A stretch of DNA of 25,719 nucleotides, taken from Nitrospinota bacterium. GTDB lineage: Bacteria; UBA8248. The position numbers and the translations under genes were made by a program. This document shows, piece after piece, positions 1 through 8,790 of this stretch (positions within the stretch are counted from its first letter, which is position 1; each line of letters starts with the position of its first letter). The stretch is from the NCBI GenBank assembly GCA_030754595.1, contig JASLZZ010000071.1:1-25719 (forward strand). The letters run 5' to 3'. The notes below the pieces were generated by a model. It did no database searches. It had not been told where the DNA came from and was given only the letters and a program-made list of their open reading frames with translations.

Positions 1-201
1 CGGGATGAACTCTTGAATCTGGAGGGATTCGATACGCTAGATGAAGCAAAGGTGTTGGTGGAGCGCTGGCGGCATATCTACAACAGAATCAGGCCGCACA
101 GCTCGCTAGGCTATCGGCCTCCAGCTCCTGAAACAAAAGAACCATGGCCTCCGGGCTTCGCTCCGCTTCGCCCTTCGTCTATGGTTCCAGGACTCTCGTA
201 G
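1..201 (+). CDS. IS3-family transposase OrfB, C-terminal fragment (integrase core end)
   Basis: Frame open from base 1: RDELLNLEGFDTLDEAKVLVERWRHIYNRIRPHSSLGYRPP. The RDE.LN...F and YN..RPHSSLGY.PP motifs are typical of IS3 transposases. Confidence 0.9.
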   Translation, partial: RDELLNLEGFDTLDEAKVLVERWRHIYNRIRPHSSLGYRPPAPETKEPWPPGFAPLRPSSMVPGLS

Positions 202-230
202 CTAGTGGTACAACTATCGGGGGGAAGTCA
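1..230 (+). mobile_element. IS3-family insertion sequence, right-hand end (partial, runs off the window)
   Basis: The transposase C-terminus is followed by GTGGTACAACTATCGGGGGGAAGTCA ending at 230. Its reverse complement TGACTTCCCCCC... fits the 5'-TG...CA-3' ends of IS3-family (IS407-like) elements. Confidence 0.85.
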
Positions 231-504
231 GGCGCTCGATGGCGAACCTGTAGGGCGCCTTGAGGAGCGCGTCATCGATGGGTTTGATGTCGTTGTTCCC
301 GGCATTGGTGAGCAGGGCGGCGGGAACATATAAAATGGCGCCCGCCGCCATGGCGGCTATCGCAACCGGCCGGACCACCAACAGGTCCCAAATAATCGCC
401 AGGTCGTCCGTTTCCTCGGCGAGTGTATGCGAATCGGCGTTGGCCGCCATGGGCGATGCGATCAGGATCGCGGCCAAACCGAGGACAAGGGCTCTTTTCT
501 TCAC
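214..504 (-). CDS. Small exported/membrane protein (DLLxxRP...PY..AIERP family), C-terminus clipped by IS3
   Basis: GTG at 504 after AAGGGGGA. Signal peptide (KKRALVLGLAAILIASPMAANA), then DLLVVRP, a hydrophobic segment and APYRFAIER. The final LTSPR* is read from the IS inverted repeat. Paralog of 539..865. Confidence 0.75.
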   Translation of the reverse strand: MKKRALVLGLAAILIASPMAANADSHTLAEETDDLAIIWDLLVVRPVAIAAMAAGAILYVPAALLTNAGNNDIKPIDDALLKAPYRFAIERLTSPR

Positions 505-538
505 GATTTCCCCCTTCTGAGGGACACCGAAGGCGATG

Positions 539-865
539 TTACCGGGAATTCCAACTAAAATTCCCCATGGGCCGTTCGATGGCATTGGCATACGGCGCGT
601 CTAGCCAGTTTTTCTTGAGGCGCTCGGGGTCATCGCCGAAAAGCGGGTCGAGCAGCCAGGCGATCGGGTAGGAAACCAGCGCGCCCGCGAGCACGATATA
701 GTGGAATGGCCGGATGATCAGGAGATCCAGAAGGTAATCCCCCGCGCTGGGGGTGGCGGATTTCATCTCGGCAGCGTATGCGGGTTGAGGGGAGAGAATG
801 GTCTGCGCCACCGGCGCAAAGGCGAGAGCCATTCCGAGGGTAACAACTACGGCGATTTTTTTCAT
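539..865 (-). CDS. Small exported/membrane protein (DLLxxRP...PY..AIERP.G family), function unknown
   Basis: ATG after AAGGAAA. Signal peptide ending AYA-A, DLLIIRP, a hydrophobic helix and APYANAIERPMG. Tandem paralog of 214..504. Confidence 0.8.
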   Translation of the reverse strand: MKKIAVVVTLGMALAFAPVAQTILSPQPAYAAEMKSATPSAGDYLLDLLIIRPFHYIVLAGALVSYPIAWLLDPLFGDDPERLKKNWLDAPYANAIERPMGNFSWNSR

Positions 866-914
866 CGTGTTTTCCTTTCTTCGGTAGTGCTTTTAAAAAA
901 AACGGACCTATATC

Positions 915-1403
915 CTAACGAATAATTCGCCATGTACCGTCGGGGTTTCGGCAGGCCGACCCTTTGGCTGTTTCGCTCTTACCGCCCACCTGAATGGTCT
1001 GGGTGTACGGGCGGCAGGTGTCGCCGCTCGAGGATTTGTAGGACGGCTCGGGTGTGACGGTTCCGCTGTGACCGGTGTCGGGATTGCGCCACGCGGTTCT
1101 CCTCCCGGAGGGAGCCTTCTCCAGCGAGGTTTGGGTCGTCCGCGCCATGAGCAGCCTGTCGCGCTCGTCGAGCTGCTTGCCGATCGCGCCGCCGAGGACC
1201 CCCCCGAGAATCGCCCCCGCGATGGTCGCCACCGTTCTGCCGCGGCCTTTGCCGACTCGGGAGCCGAGAACGCCGCCGGCAATTCCGCCGAGGACCGTGC
1301 CTCCGGTTTCCTTCGTGATCCCGCCGGAGCGTCCCTGACCGGCGCAACCGGCGAGGGTGGCCGCGAACACGAAAATTAATCCGGATGAAAGCCATCTTTT
1401 CAT
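915..1403 (-). CDS. Glycine-zipper 2TM lipoprotein, 17-kDa surface antigen (RT0821/Lpp0805-like) family
   Basis: Lipobox LAGC. Glycine zipper GTVLGGIAGGVLGSRVGKGRG...GAILGGVLGGAIGKQLD. C-terminal WRNPDTG...CRPYTQ...ACRNPDGTW. Confidence 0.9.
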   Translation of the reverse strand: MKRWLSSGLIFVFAATLAGCAGQGRSGGITKETGGTVLGGIAGGVLGSRVGKGRGRTVATIAGAILGGVLGGAIGKQLDERDRLLMARTTQTSLEKAPSGRRTAWRNPDTGHSGTVTPEPSYKSSSGDTCRPYTQTIQVGGKSETAKGSACRNPDGTWRIIR

Positions 1404-1649
1404 GAAAAAGCCCCCCTTAATATATGGCGGCTGCCCCTTCCGTCCACGGAAGAGCGCAGAAGCAACACAACTCTACCACTCTTGCCCCGCCAGGAAAAGG
1501 AACTGTTTTGGGCCGGATTGCGGTGGATTCCGAGATGATGCGACCGGCTTCTCACCACGGGCCCATTCACCTTTATTCCCGGGGGTGGAGGTTCTTTCCA
1601 TCGCCATGATTCGGCGGATTCAGGCGGGCGCGGTGGCCTGGACTGGCCG

Positions 1650-2720
1650 GACGCTATTACCGGATTCAGCGATATTCTCCTCATGCAAAGCCAGGACGAA
1701 ATCACCCGGCAACTTGTTCCGAAAATGCGCGATGCGGGGAAATACCTCACTCGCCTGATCGAGGATTTGCTCGATTTCGACCGAATCGAGTCCGGCGATA
1801 TCCGGCTGGATTTGAGTGAGGCCGACATCAACGGGATTATTCAGGGGGCTGTCGAGGTGAGGCGCAGCCAGCTTCCGAGTGGATACGAAATCGACTGTTC
1901 CTTTGATCCTAAATGCGGGCTGGTCACCTGCGATTCCACCCGGGTGATCCAGGTGCTCATGAATCTGATCGACAATGCCGTCAAATTTTCTCCGGACGGC
2001 GGCCACATCGGGGTGCGGACCAAGCGGCACCCGGACGAGGTCCACGTTTGCGTCCGGGACAACGGGATCGGCATCGATCCCGAAGAGAATGGCCAAATAT
2101 TCGACCGTTTCAGTCAGATCGAAAGCGGCTACAAACGCTCCTCCGGCGGATTGGGAATCGGGCTCAGTTTCGTGCGGGAGCTTCTGGAGCTTCAGAGCGG
2201 GCGCATCTGGGTCGATAGCGAGAGGGGGAGCGGAAGCGCCTTCACTTTCGCTCTTCCGGCCTCGGGAGCGACGGCCCTCGTTCCTGAGGAAATATCGGGT
2301 CAAACCGGCTCCCCCGGCGAGCCGGATGAATCGAACGAGAGCAAGGAGCCCTGGCGGGGGCGAAAATTTCTTGTCGTGGACGATGTGGAGCACCGGCATG
2401 AATTCATGAGGCTATTCCTGTAAGGCGCGGCCGCCGTGGGGTCGGCTTACGACGGCGACGAGGGGGGCGCCGCCGCCCGGCGCCTGTCTCCCGATCTCAT
2501 CTTGATGGACTTGAAAATGCCGGGGTGCAACGGCTTCACGGCCATCGAAACCCTCAAGAGCGATCCGGCGACGAAGGAGATACCGATACTCGTGATGACC
2601 GCCCAGGTCATGACCGAGGATCAGGAGCGGTGCCGGGAGCTGGGCGTAGATGGATTTGTGATGAAGCCCGTCGATCTGGAAAAATTCTCAAGGGAAGTCG
2701 ATCGCGTCCTTTCGAAATAA
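1650..2720 (+). pseudogene. Hybrid sensor histidine kinase/response regulator, 5'-truncated with an internal stop
   Basis: Starts mid-HisKA (AITGFSDILL...LIEDLLDFDRIESG) with no H-box in the ~20 upstream in-frame codons inspected. HATPase N/G1/F/G2 boxes are present (NLIDNAVKFS, DNGIGI, FDRF, GLGIGL). The REC domain (LVVDD...DLILMDLKMPG...KP) is split by an in-frame TAA at 2421-2423 and continues in the same frame to 2720. Confidence 0.85.
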
Positions 2721-2824
2721 TTTCGGAGCGCCCTGCCTCGGCCTTCGGGGCGGGCTGACTCCCGTTCCCGGCTCGGGTAATATCCCTCCAAACTTTCTTT
2801 TGTCTCTCTAGGTAGGATGACTCT

Positions 2825-4261
2825 ATGATCCCGGCTCTTCGCGCGGCGTCCAATGTACTCGTTCACGTTCCCGATCTGGTTCGCTACGGCTCGAAGCCGT
2901 GGCGCGAAAACTCCGGTGGTGATGCGGCTCTCGCCGGCGCCCTCTCCCGGCGGCTCAGGTCGTTCGCGGAGGCGGTGGCTTATCCGCCGAACCAGGTGTT
3001 TATCGGAAACATGGCGCCCGGAGATCTCGGCGAGGGGCCCTCTCCCTGGTACGAAAACCCCGTGCCTGAGGCCTCGGCGAAAGGAGCCTTCGGGGAAATT
3101 CTCCCGCAGGAGGATTTCTATCCCCTCCTCGAGGCCGCGGATCAGTTCGGCCTCCTCCTGTTCGGCCCGGACGCTCCCTCGGGCGCCGATGCCGCTTCGG
3201 CCGCCGCCGCCTCGCTGCTTGAGGGCTCCGGCCCGGGTAAAACCGGTCCGGGGAAAAGAGGCCGCGAGGAGGAGATTCTCGGGCGAATCGAATCCGGCGA
3301 GGCCTTGCCCCTCCACCGGGGCGGCGATCTGATCGGTTGCGTCCGGCGGGATCACGAAGCGGACGAGTCGCTGGACGCGCGCATCCTCTTGGAAAACCTG
3401 GCGGCCAAGGCGAGCGGCGCCTACGCCCTGCGCCATCTTCTTCTTCAGGAGGAAATCGCCTCCGAGGAGATCGAATACGTCATCAGCTGCTCCGAGGAGG
3501 CCGTCGGCGACCGCTACAATCGCGGCGGCGGAAACCTCGCCAAGGCGATCGCGGAGATGGCGGGTTGCGCGGGAGCCGCCGGGGTGGACGTGAAGTCGTT
3601 TTGCGCCGCCCCGGTTTACGCCCTCGTCCACGCGGCGGCCCTGATCCGGGCGGGCGTCGTGAAAAACGCCGTTGTCGTCGGCGGCGGGTCGCTGGCGAAG
3701 CTCGGCATGAAGGCCTACTTCCACATCGAAAAGGAAATGCCCGTTCTGGAGGATGTCCTCGGCGGAATCGCTTTCCTGCTCGGCTCGGAGGGGGGCGGCG
3801 CCCCCCGCGTCAATCTCGAAATCACCGGCCACCACGGGGCCGGGCGCCCGTCCACCCCTCAGGTGATGGCGGAGGCGCTCGTCCGCGATCCGCTCGAGCG
3901 GGCGGGCCGGAAAATCTGTGACATCGATAAATACGCCGTCGAGCTTCATAACCCAGAGGTGACGCTGCCGGCGGGGGCGGGCGATGTCGCGGCGACGAAC
4001 TACCGCACGATCGCCGCGATGGCGGTGATGAGGGGAGAGATAGCCCGCGAGGAGATTCCGGCCTTCATCGAGAGCAAGGGGATGCCGGGATTCGCGCCTA
4101 CCCAGGGCCATATCCCGGCCGGCGTGCCCTATCTCGGACACGCCTTGGCGGGGATGCGGGCGGGGGACCTTCGGAGTACGATGGTGTTGGCCAAGGGAAG
4201 CCTGTTTCTCGGGCGGATGTCCCAGCAGGCCGACGGGGCCTCCGTCGTGGTGGAGGTATGA
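2825..4261 (+). CDS. grdC: Glycine/sarcosine/betaine reductase complex component C, beta subunit (FabH-like fold)
   Basis: Motifs VLVHVPD, YVISCSEEAVGDRYNRGGGNLAKAIAE, SFCAAP, GGSLAKLGM, EDVLGG, ELHNPEVT, GMPGFAPTQGHIPAGVPYLG and KGSLFLGRM are characteristic of GrdC. Confidence 0.9.
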   Translation: MIPALRAASNVLVHVPDLVRYGSKPWRENSGGDAALAGALSRRLRSFAEAVAYPPNQVFIGNMAPGDLGEGPSPWYENPVPEASAKGAFGEILPQEDFYPLLEAADQFGLLLFGPDAPSGADAASAAAASLLEGSGPGKTGPGKRGREEEILGRIESGEALPLHRGGDLIGCVRRDHEADESLDARILLENLAAKASGAYALRHLLLQEEIASEEIEYVISCSEEAVGDRYNRGGGNLAKAIAEMAGCAGAAGVDVKSFCAAPVYALVHAAALIRAGVVKNAVVVGGGSLAKLGMKAYFHIEKEMPVLEDVLGGIAFLLGSEGGGAPRVNLEITGHHGAGRPSTPQVMAEALVRDPLERAGRKICDIDKYAVELHNPEVTLPAGAGDVAATNYRTIAAMAVMRGEIAREEIPAFIESKGMPGFAPTQGHIPAGVPYLGHALAGMRAGDLRSTMVLAKGSLFLGRMSQQADGASVVVEV

Positions 4262-4269
4262 TCCCCTAT

Positions 4270-5520
4270 AGGGCACCTCTAAGAACCTCCCCTATTTCAT
4301 CGCTGATGTGATCCAATGGAGGCCTCCCGCCCCGGAGGATAGGATGATGACCTCACAGCCAGGATTTTTCGATCTTGATGCTCGGTACGCCCTTTTGAGT
4401 GATGGAGGTGACCCCCTTGAGCGTTTAAGCCAGATAGTTTCGTTCGAGGATTTCCGCCCCCTTCTGGAGGATGCGCTTGATCGCAAGGACCGGAGCCTGG
4501 GGGGCCGCCCTCCGATGGATGCGGTCATGATGTTCAAGATCCTGGTATTGCAAAGCCTGTACAACCTTGGGGACGACGCGGCGGAATATCTGATCCGGGA
4601 CCGCCTGTCGTTCATGCGGTTTCTGGGATTGGGCCTGGGGGACAGGGGGCCGGACGCGAAGACGATCTGGCTCTACAGGGAGCACTGGACGCAGGCGGGT
4701 GTGGTCGAGGCTTTGTTCGAGCGCTTTGATCAGGTTCTCCGGGACGAGGGGTTCCTGGCCATGGGCGGACAGGTTGTGGATGCTTCGATCGTGCGCGCTC
4801 CGGTGCAGCGCAACCGCCGGGGTGAGAATGAGGCGATCAAGGCGGGCGAGGTTCCCGGCGGCTGGAAGGCCAAGCCTCACAAGCTGGCGCAAAAAGATGT
4901 GGACGCCCGCTGGACCCGGAAGCACGGCAAGAGCGACTTCGGCTACAAGAATCATGTGAGCGTGGACCGCCGCCACAAGCTGGTTCGCCGCTATGAGGTC
5001 ACCGACGCCGCCGTTCATGACAGCCAGCTCTTCGATAACCTTCTGGACGAGGCGAACACCTGCTCGAAGGTCTGGGCCGACAGCGCCTATCGCTCGGGGG
5101 ATGCCGAGCGCCGCCTGAAGGAAAACGGTTTTATCAGCCAGGTGCATCGGCGCGGCAAACGGGGCAAGCCCTTATCGAGACACAAGAGCCAGGTGAATGC
5201 CCGCCGCTCCAGGGTCCGGGCCCGTGTCGAGCATGTCTTCGCTTTCCAGGAAAGCGCCATGGGCGGCAAGCTGGTTCGAACGATCGGCATTGCCAGGGCC
5301 CGAACCAGGATCGGAATGATGAACCTGGTCTACAACATGCGCCGCCTTGTCTGGTTGGCCAGAGACGGGATACCTGCGCGCGCATGAGAAAAATCGGCCA
5401 TCGGGAGGCTCTTCGGAGTTCCGATAGCCGAAGATAAAATAGAAAATGAGTATGAATTGTGGCTAAAATGCTGCGATAACACAAAATCGAGGGAAGTTAG
5501 GCGATTTTTAGAGGTTCCCT
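4270..5520 (+). mobile_element. IS5-family insertion sequence, complete (~1.25 kb)
   Basis: Imperfect 16-bp terminal inverted repeats AGGGCACCTCTAAGAA (4270-4285) and TTTTTAGAGGTTCCCT (5505-5520) enclose a single DDE transposase. End positions are uncertain by 1-2 bp. No target duplication visible. Confidence 0.92.
4344..5387 (+). CDS. IS5-family transposase
   Basis: GGRPP...MFKILVLQSLYNL...DRLSFMRFLG N-terminal domain, plus DDE residues in VVDASIV, WADSAY and RARVEHVF. ATG 4344 follows GGAGGA. The second copy has a stop and an indel upstream of this ATG, which supports this start over 4308. Confidence 0.93.
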   Translation: MMTSQPGFFDLDARYALLSDGGDPLERLSQIVSFEDFRPLLEDALDRKDRSLGGRPPMDAVMMFKILVLQSLYNLGDDAAEYLIRDRLSFMRFLGLGLGDRGPDAKTIWLYREHWTQAGVVEALFERFDQVLRDEGFLAMGGQVVDASIVRAPVQRNRRGENEAIKAGEVPGGWKAKPHKLAQKDVDARWTRKHGKSDFGYKNHVSVDRRHKLVRRYEVTDAAVHDSQLFDNLLDEANTCSKVWADSAYRSGDAERRLKENGFISQVHRRGKRGKPLSRHKSQVNARRSRVRARVEHVFAFQESAMGGKLVRTIGIARARTRIGMMNLVYNMRRLVWLARDGIPARA

Positions 5521-5656
5521 GGTGTTGGGCGGCACAAACAAGTTAATTTTGTTATTTAGGTAATTAGCTGCATAATCTTGTCATTCGGACCATATGGCTT
5601 GAGTCTAACTTTATAGAATAAGTAGTTTGCTCTACTCGGAATTGATTTGTATGAGG

Positions 5657-6922
5657 ATGAATATAAAATTGGCTGGAAATTTTAGGCCCTGGGTGATAGC
5701 GGCCTCCTGGGTATTTGCTGTTTCTCTTCTGTCGGCGAATTGTGTTTCGGCCCAAGAAAATAAAGATGAGGCCCCCCGGTTCCGTTTGGGCGCTCTTGAA
5801 ATTCACCCGGGTATCGATGTTTCAGTCAAGGAAGATACGAACGTATTCCTGACGAACACGGATACGAAAAGCGATACCATCATGACCTATGTCCCCACTG
5901 TAAAATTAAGCAGGTCTTTTGGCGGGGAAAGTGATTTTGACGTGAAGTTTAAGTATGAAATTATAGATTACGACAAGTTCGGCGCAGAAGATACCGAAAA
6001 TAAAACGGTAACCGGTAACCTGAACTTTGAAAAAATCAACGGGAACGGTTACTGGAGGACGAACGGGATATGGGAAGACACCGCGGACGCCTCCTCAAGC
6101 GAAACGCAAACCACGACGGGTCCACGGACTCCCCGGACAAAGGGAGAAGTTGACTCCCATGTCGGTATCGGCGGTTATGACGGGAGCAAGCTCCGGTTAG
6201 AGGTGAGCGCCGGCTTGACCTGGAACCGGTATCTCCGTGCCGCTCAGGACCGCTTGGAAAGCGACCTGACCCGGGGTGGCGCTCTTGTTGAATACGCCAT
6301 TTCCCCGAAAACCAATATACGGGTTGACTACGAGTTTGAAAGGCAGAAGTACACGAACCGTACCGTAGACGACCAGAGGGACAATGCGAGGGACCATGCC
6401 ATCCGGGCGGGTTTTTCGTTCACGCCTTCGGCGTTGATTACGGGGCACGCAACTCTGGGCTTCGTAAGGCGTACGTTTGATGAGACCATCAGCACGACCG
6501 ACGAGTCCGACCGGGATACGAACAATATCAGCGCCGATGTGGATTTGACCTGGAAATGGAAAAAAGGAACGACCGTAAATGGGACCTTCAAATCGTCTAT
6601 TGAAAGCTCATCTTCTCCGGGACAGGTTGCTTACAGGGAATGGGAGGTTGGGGGAACATTGACGCAAGATCTTCCCTTTATCTCCAATAATCTGAAGTTT
6701 ACGCTGAACCCAGCCTATAAAGAGAACATTTTCATTAGGACCAGCCGTATTGATAACCTCCTGACATGGAAGGCGGGCTTTAAATACACCGCCGATTCGA
6801 AAAGGTATCCCTGGTTCGCCTCGTTCGATTTCAAGGATGAAAGAAAATTCACGAACGAGAATAAAGGCAGCGTTGAATACCATGACAATACCTACGAGTT
6901 CAAGGTGGGAATACAGTACTAG
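5657..6922 (+). CDS. Outer-membrane beta-barrel protein (BBP2 / exopolysaccharide-locus barrel-like)
   Basis: Signal peptide ending VSA-QE, alternating amphipathic strands, the G...HP.I......DTNVF.......SD motif and a C-terminal aromatic BAM signal (YEFKVGIQY). Start is 5651 or 5657. Visibly lower GC than the flanks. Confidence 0.8.
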   Translation: MNIKLAGNFRPWVIAASWVFAVSLLSANCVSAQENKDEAPRFRLGALEIHPGIDVSVKEDTNVFLTNTDTKSDTIMTYVPTVKLSRSFGGESDFDVKFKYEIIDYDKFGAEDTENKTVTGNLNFEKINGNGYWRTNGIWEDTADASSSETQTTTGPRTPRTKGEVDSHVGIGGYDGSKLRLEVSAGLTWNRYLRAAQDRLESDLTRGGALVEYAISPKTNIRVDYEFERQKYTNRTVDDQRDNARDHAIRAGFSFTPSALITGHATLGFVRRTFDETISTTDESDRDTNNISADVDLTWKWKKGTTVNGTFKSSIESSSSPGQVAYREWEVGGTLTQDLPFISNNLKFTLNPAYKENIFIRTSRIDNLLTWKAGFKYTADSKRYPWFASFDFKDERKFTNENKGSVEYHDNTYEFKVGIQY

Positions 6923-6943
6923 ATCGAATACAAGCCGAAATAC

Positions 6944-6978
6944 GCCGGGCAGGGTGTAAACCCTGCCCGGTTTTTTTT
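6944..6978 (+). terminator. Rho-independent terminator
   Basis: Stem CCGGGCAGGGT-GTAA-ACCCTGCCCGG followed by T8, just after the barrel gene. Confidence 0.9.
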
Positions 6979-7465
6979 GAGTTGGAGACGAATCTCTGGT
7001 CACCCGCCCGGTCCGCACCGGATTCGGATTCGGGTTCGGCGGCGTAAAGGGATTTTCACCAAGGGCGCCCCTTTTCGCACGAGAACGCCCCTACGTAAAC
7101 GCTCTCCGGAACGCTCCCCTTTACCCCGTCCTATAACCCCGCAACAGCCGTTAAGGTCACCGCCAGCCAGGCCGGAACCCTGCCCCCGGGGCCGTGAGAC
7201 TGTCCGGAGCACATCCCCGGACGTGGTGGCCGGCCGGAACCCTATCAATGAGCGCCGATCCGGGCGGCGGACCCTTCTCCGCCGGTGTTCCCCATTTACT
7301 TCGCGTGTGGCAGGATAAAGACTGGATAATCCTTTAAATCAGCGAAAAACACTGACCAGCCGCCGCCCCGTGTTCCGGGCGCGGCTCGAGGATCTGGATA
7401 TTACAAGTGGTGGGGACAGAGAAAGTCTCCGCTCTTTCAACGGCAATTATAGGAGGTTCGCCTAC

Positions 7466-8647
7466 ATGGTTGATTTCAAACTCTCCGAGGAGCAGGTGGC
7501 CCTTCGCCAACTTGCCCGAGATTTCGTGAACAATAAGGCCAAGCCCATTGTCGCCGGCCTCGATAAAAACCCCAATCCCGAGGATTGCGTCAGCGACGTA
7601 CTCCTGAAGCGGTGCTCCGAGCTGGGTTTTCGCACCCTCTCCCTGCCCGAGAAGTACGGCGGCGGCGGTGTCGAGGACACCGTCACCATCGGAATCGTTT
7701 GCGAGGAGCTCGGTGTGGCCGACCTGTCGCTGGCCAGCATCCCCGTCAACGGCCGGAAGCTTCTCCACATGCTCAATCCCGATGTGGCGAGCGACGAGGT
7801 CCGCGAAAAATGGATGAAGGAATATTGTGACGATCCAGGTTTCATGGTGTCGATAGCCATGACCGAGCCCGACGCGGGCGGCGACAATATCCTGCCCTAC
7901 GACGCGCCGGGCGCGGGGGTGCGCACCACCGCCGTCCGGGAGGGCGATGAGTATGTCATCAACGGGCGCAAGCAGTTCATCGCCCATGCCGGGAACGCCC
8001 GGCTCTATGTCGTATTCACCCGGACCGACCCGAACAAGGGCATGTCGGACGGGTGCACCAGCTTTCTGATCCCCAAGGGACATCCCGGCATGAGCTTCGG
8101 CCGGGTTCACGACAAGATGGGTTTCAGGCTCCTCCGCAATCAGGAGATTGTTTTCGACGACTGCCGCGTGCCCGCGGAGTGGATGCTCGGGCCTGAGAAC
8201 CAGGGCCTCGTTTCCATGCGGGCGGGGCTCCGGAGCGACGGCATTTTAAACGCCGCCCGCTGCCTCGGCGTGGCGCGGCGGGCCTTCGAGGAGATCGTCG
8301 ATTGGTGCAAGAACCGGGTCCAGGGCGGAAAGCCCATCATCGAACATCAGGCCATCGCCTGCGAGCTCGCCGATATGCACGTCAAGCTCCAGGCGATGCG
8401 GGCGCTTGTCTGGAACGTAGCCTGGTCGGTCGATAACGAACCGCCCGACCCGAAGGGCGTACCCGGCGTGATGACCTTCTGCACCGAGAACACTTTTGAA
8501 ATCGCTCACAAGGCGGCCGAGTTGGCCGGCGGGGCCGGCGTGATGAAAGACTCGCCCTTCGAAAAGCTCCTGCGGGATGCCTTCTGCATCAAGCATCTTG
8601 ACGGGGGAAACTATCTCAAGCGCTTCAAGGTGGCTCGCGCTCTCTAG
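7466..8647 (+). CDS. Acyl-CoA dehydrogenase family flavoprotein (atypical, Asp at the catalytic-base position)
   Basis: AGGAGG then ATG 7466 (MVDFKLSEEQ). Motifs LPEKYGG, AMTEPDAG, INGRKQFI, DKMGFR and RVQGGKPIIEHQ. C-terminal HLDGGN in place of the usual IYEGT. Confidence 0.88.
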   Translation: MVDFKLSEEQVALRQLARDFVNNKAKPIVAGLDKNPNPEDCVSDVLLKRCSELGFRTLSLPEKYGGGGVEDTVTIGIVCEELGVADLSLASIPVNGRKLLHMLNPDVASDEVREKWMKEYCDDPGFMVSIAMTEPDAGGDNILPYDAPGAGVRTTAVREGDEYVINGRKQFIAHAGNARLYVVFTRTDPNKGMSDGCTSFLIPKGHPGMSFGRVHDKMGFRLLRNQEIVFDDCRVPAEWMLGPENQGLVSMRAGLRSDGILNAARCLGVARRAFEEIVDWCKNRVQGGKPIIEHQAIACELADMHVKLQAMRALVWNVAWSVDNEPPDPKGVPGVMTFCTENTFEIAHKAAELAGGAGVMKDSPFEKLLRDAFCIKHLDGGNYLKRFKVARAL

Positions 8648-8662
8648 TGCGAGCCCAGCGCG

Positions 8663-8740
8663 CTTTAGCGCGGGCCGGCCGACTTTAAGGCGGCCGCTGT
8701 GCCGCACTCTAATGCGGACGCCGGACGCTCTATAACGCGG
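8663..8740 (+). repeat. Four spaced copies of an 11-bp motif CTHTARNGCGG
   Basis: CTTTAGCGCGG (8663), CTTTAAGGCGG (8683), CTCTAATGCGG (8707) and CTATAACGCGG (8730), in the intergenic gap. Confidence 0.55.
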
Positions 8741-8790
8741 GCCCGGCGCCCGAGCGAAACTGGAAACGAAACCAAAACGGAGAATCCCAA

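Noticed and set aside
2825..4261. Selenocysteine recoding in the grd gene
   Set aside because: No internal TGA, GrdC is not a selenoprotein, and the terminal TGA follows the normal C-terminal motif.
2621..4276. 551-aa minus-strand ORF, and similar long antisense ORFs at 1620..2399, 8665..9978, 10221..11303, 11284..12168 and 21965..22855
   Set aside because: They shadow well-supported genes on the opposite strand, have no recognisable motifs, and are expected in GC-rich DNA.
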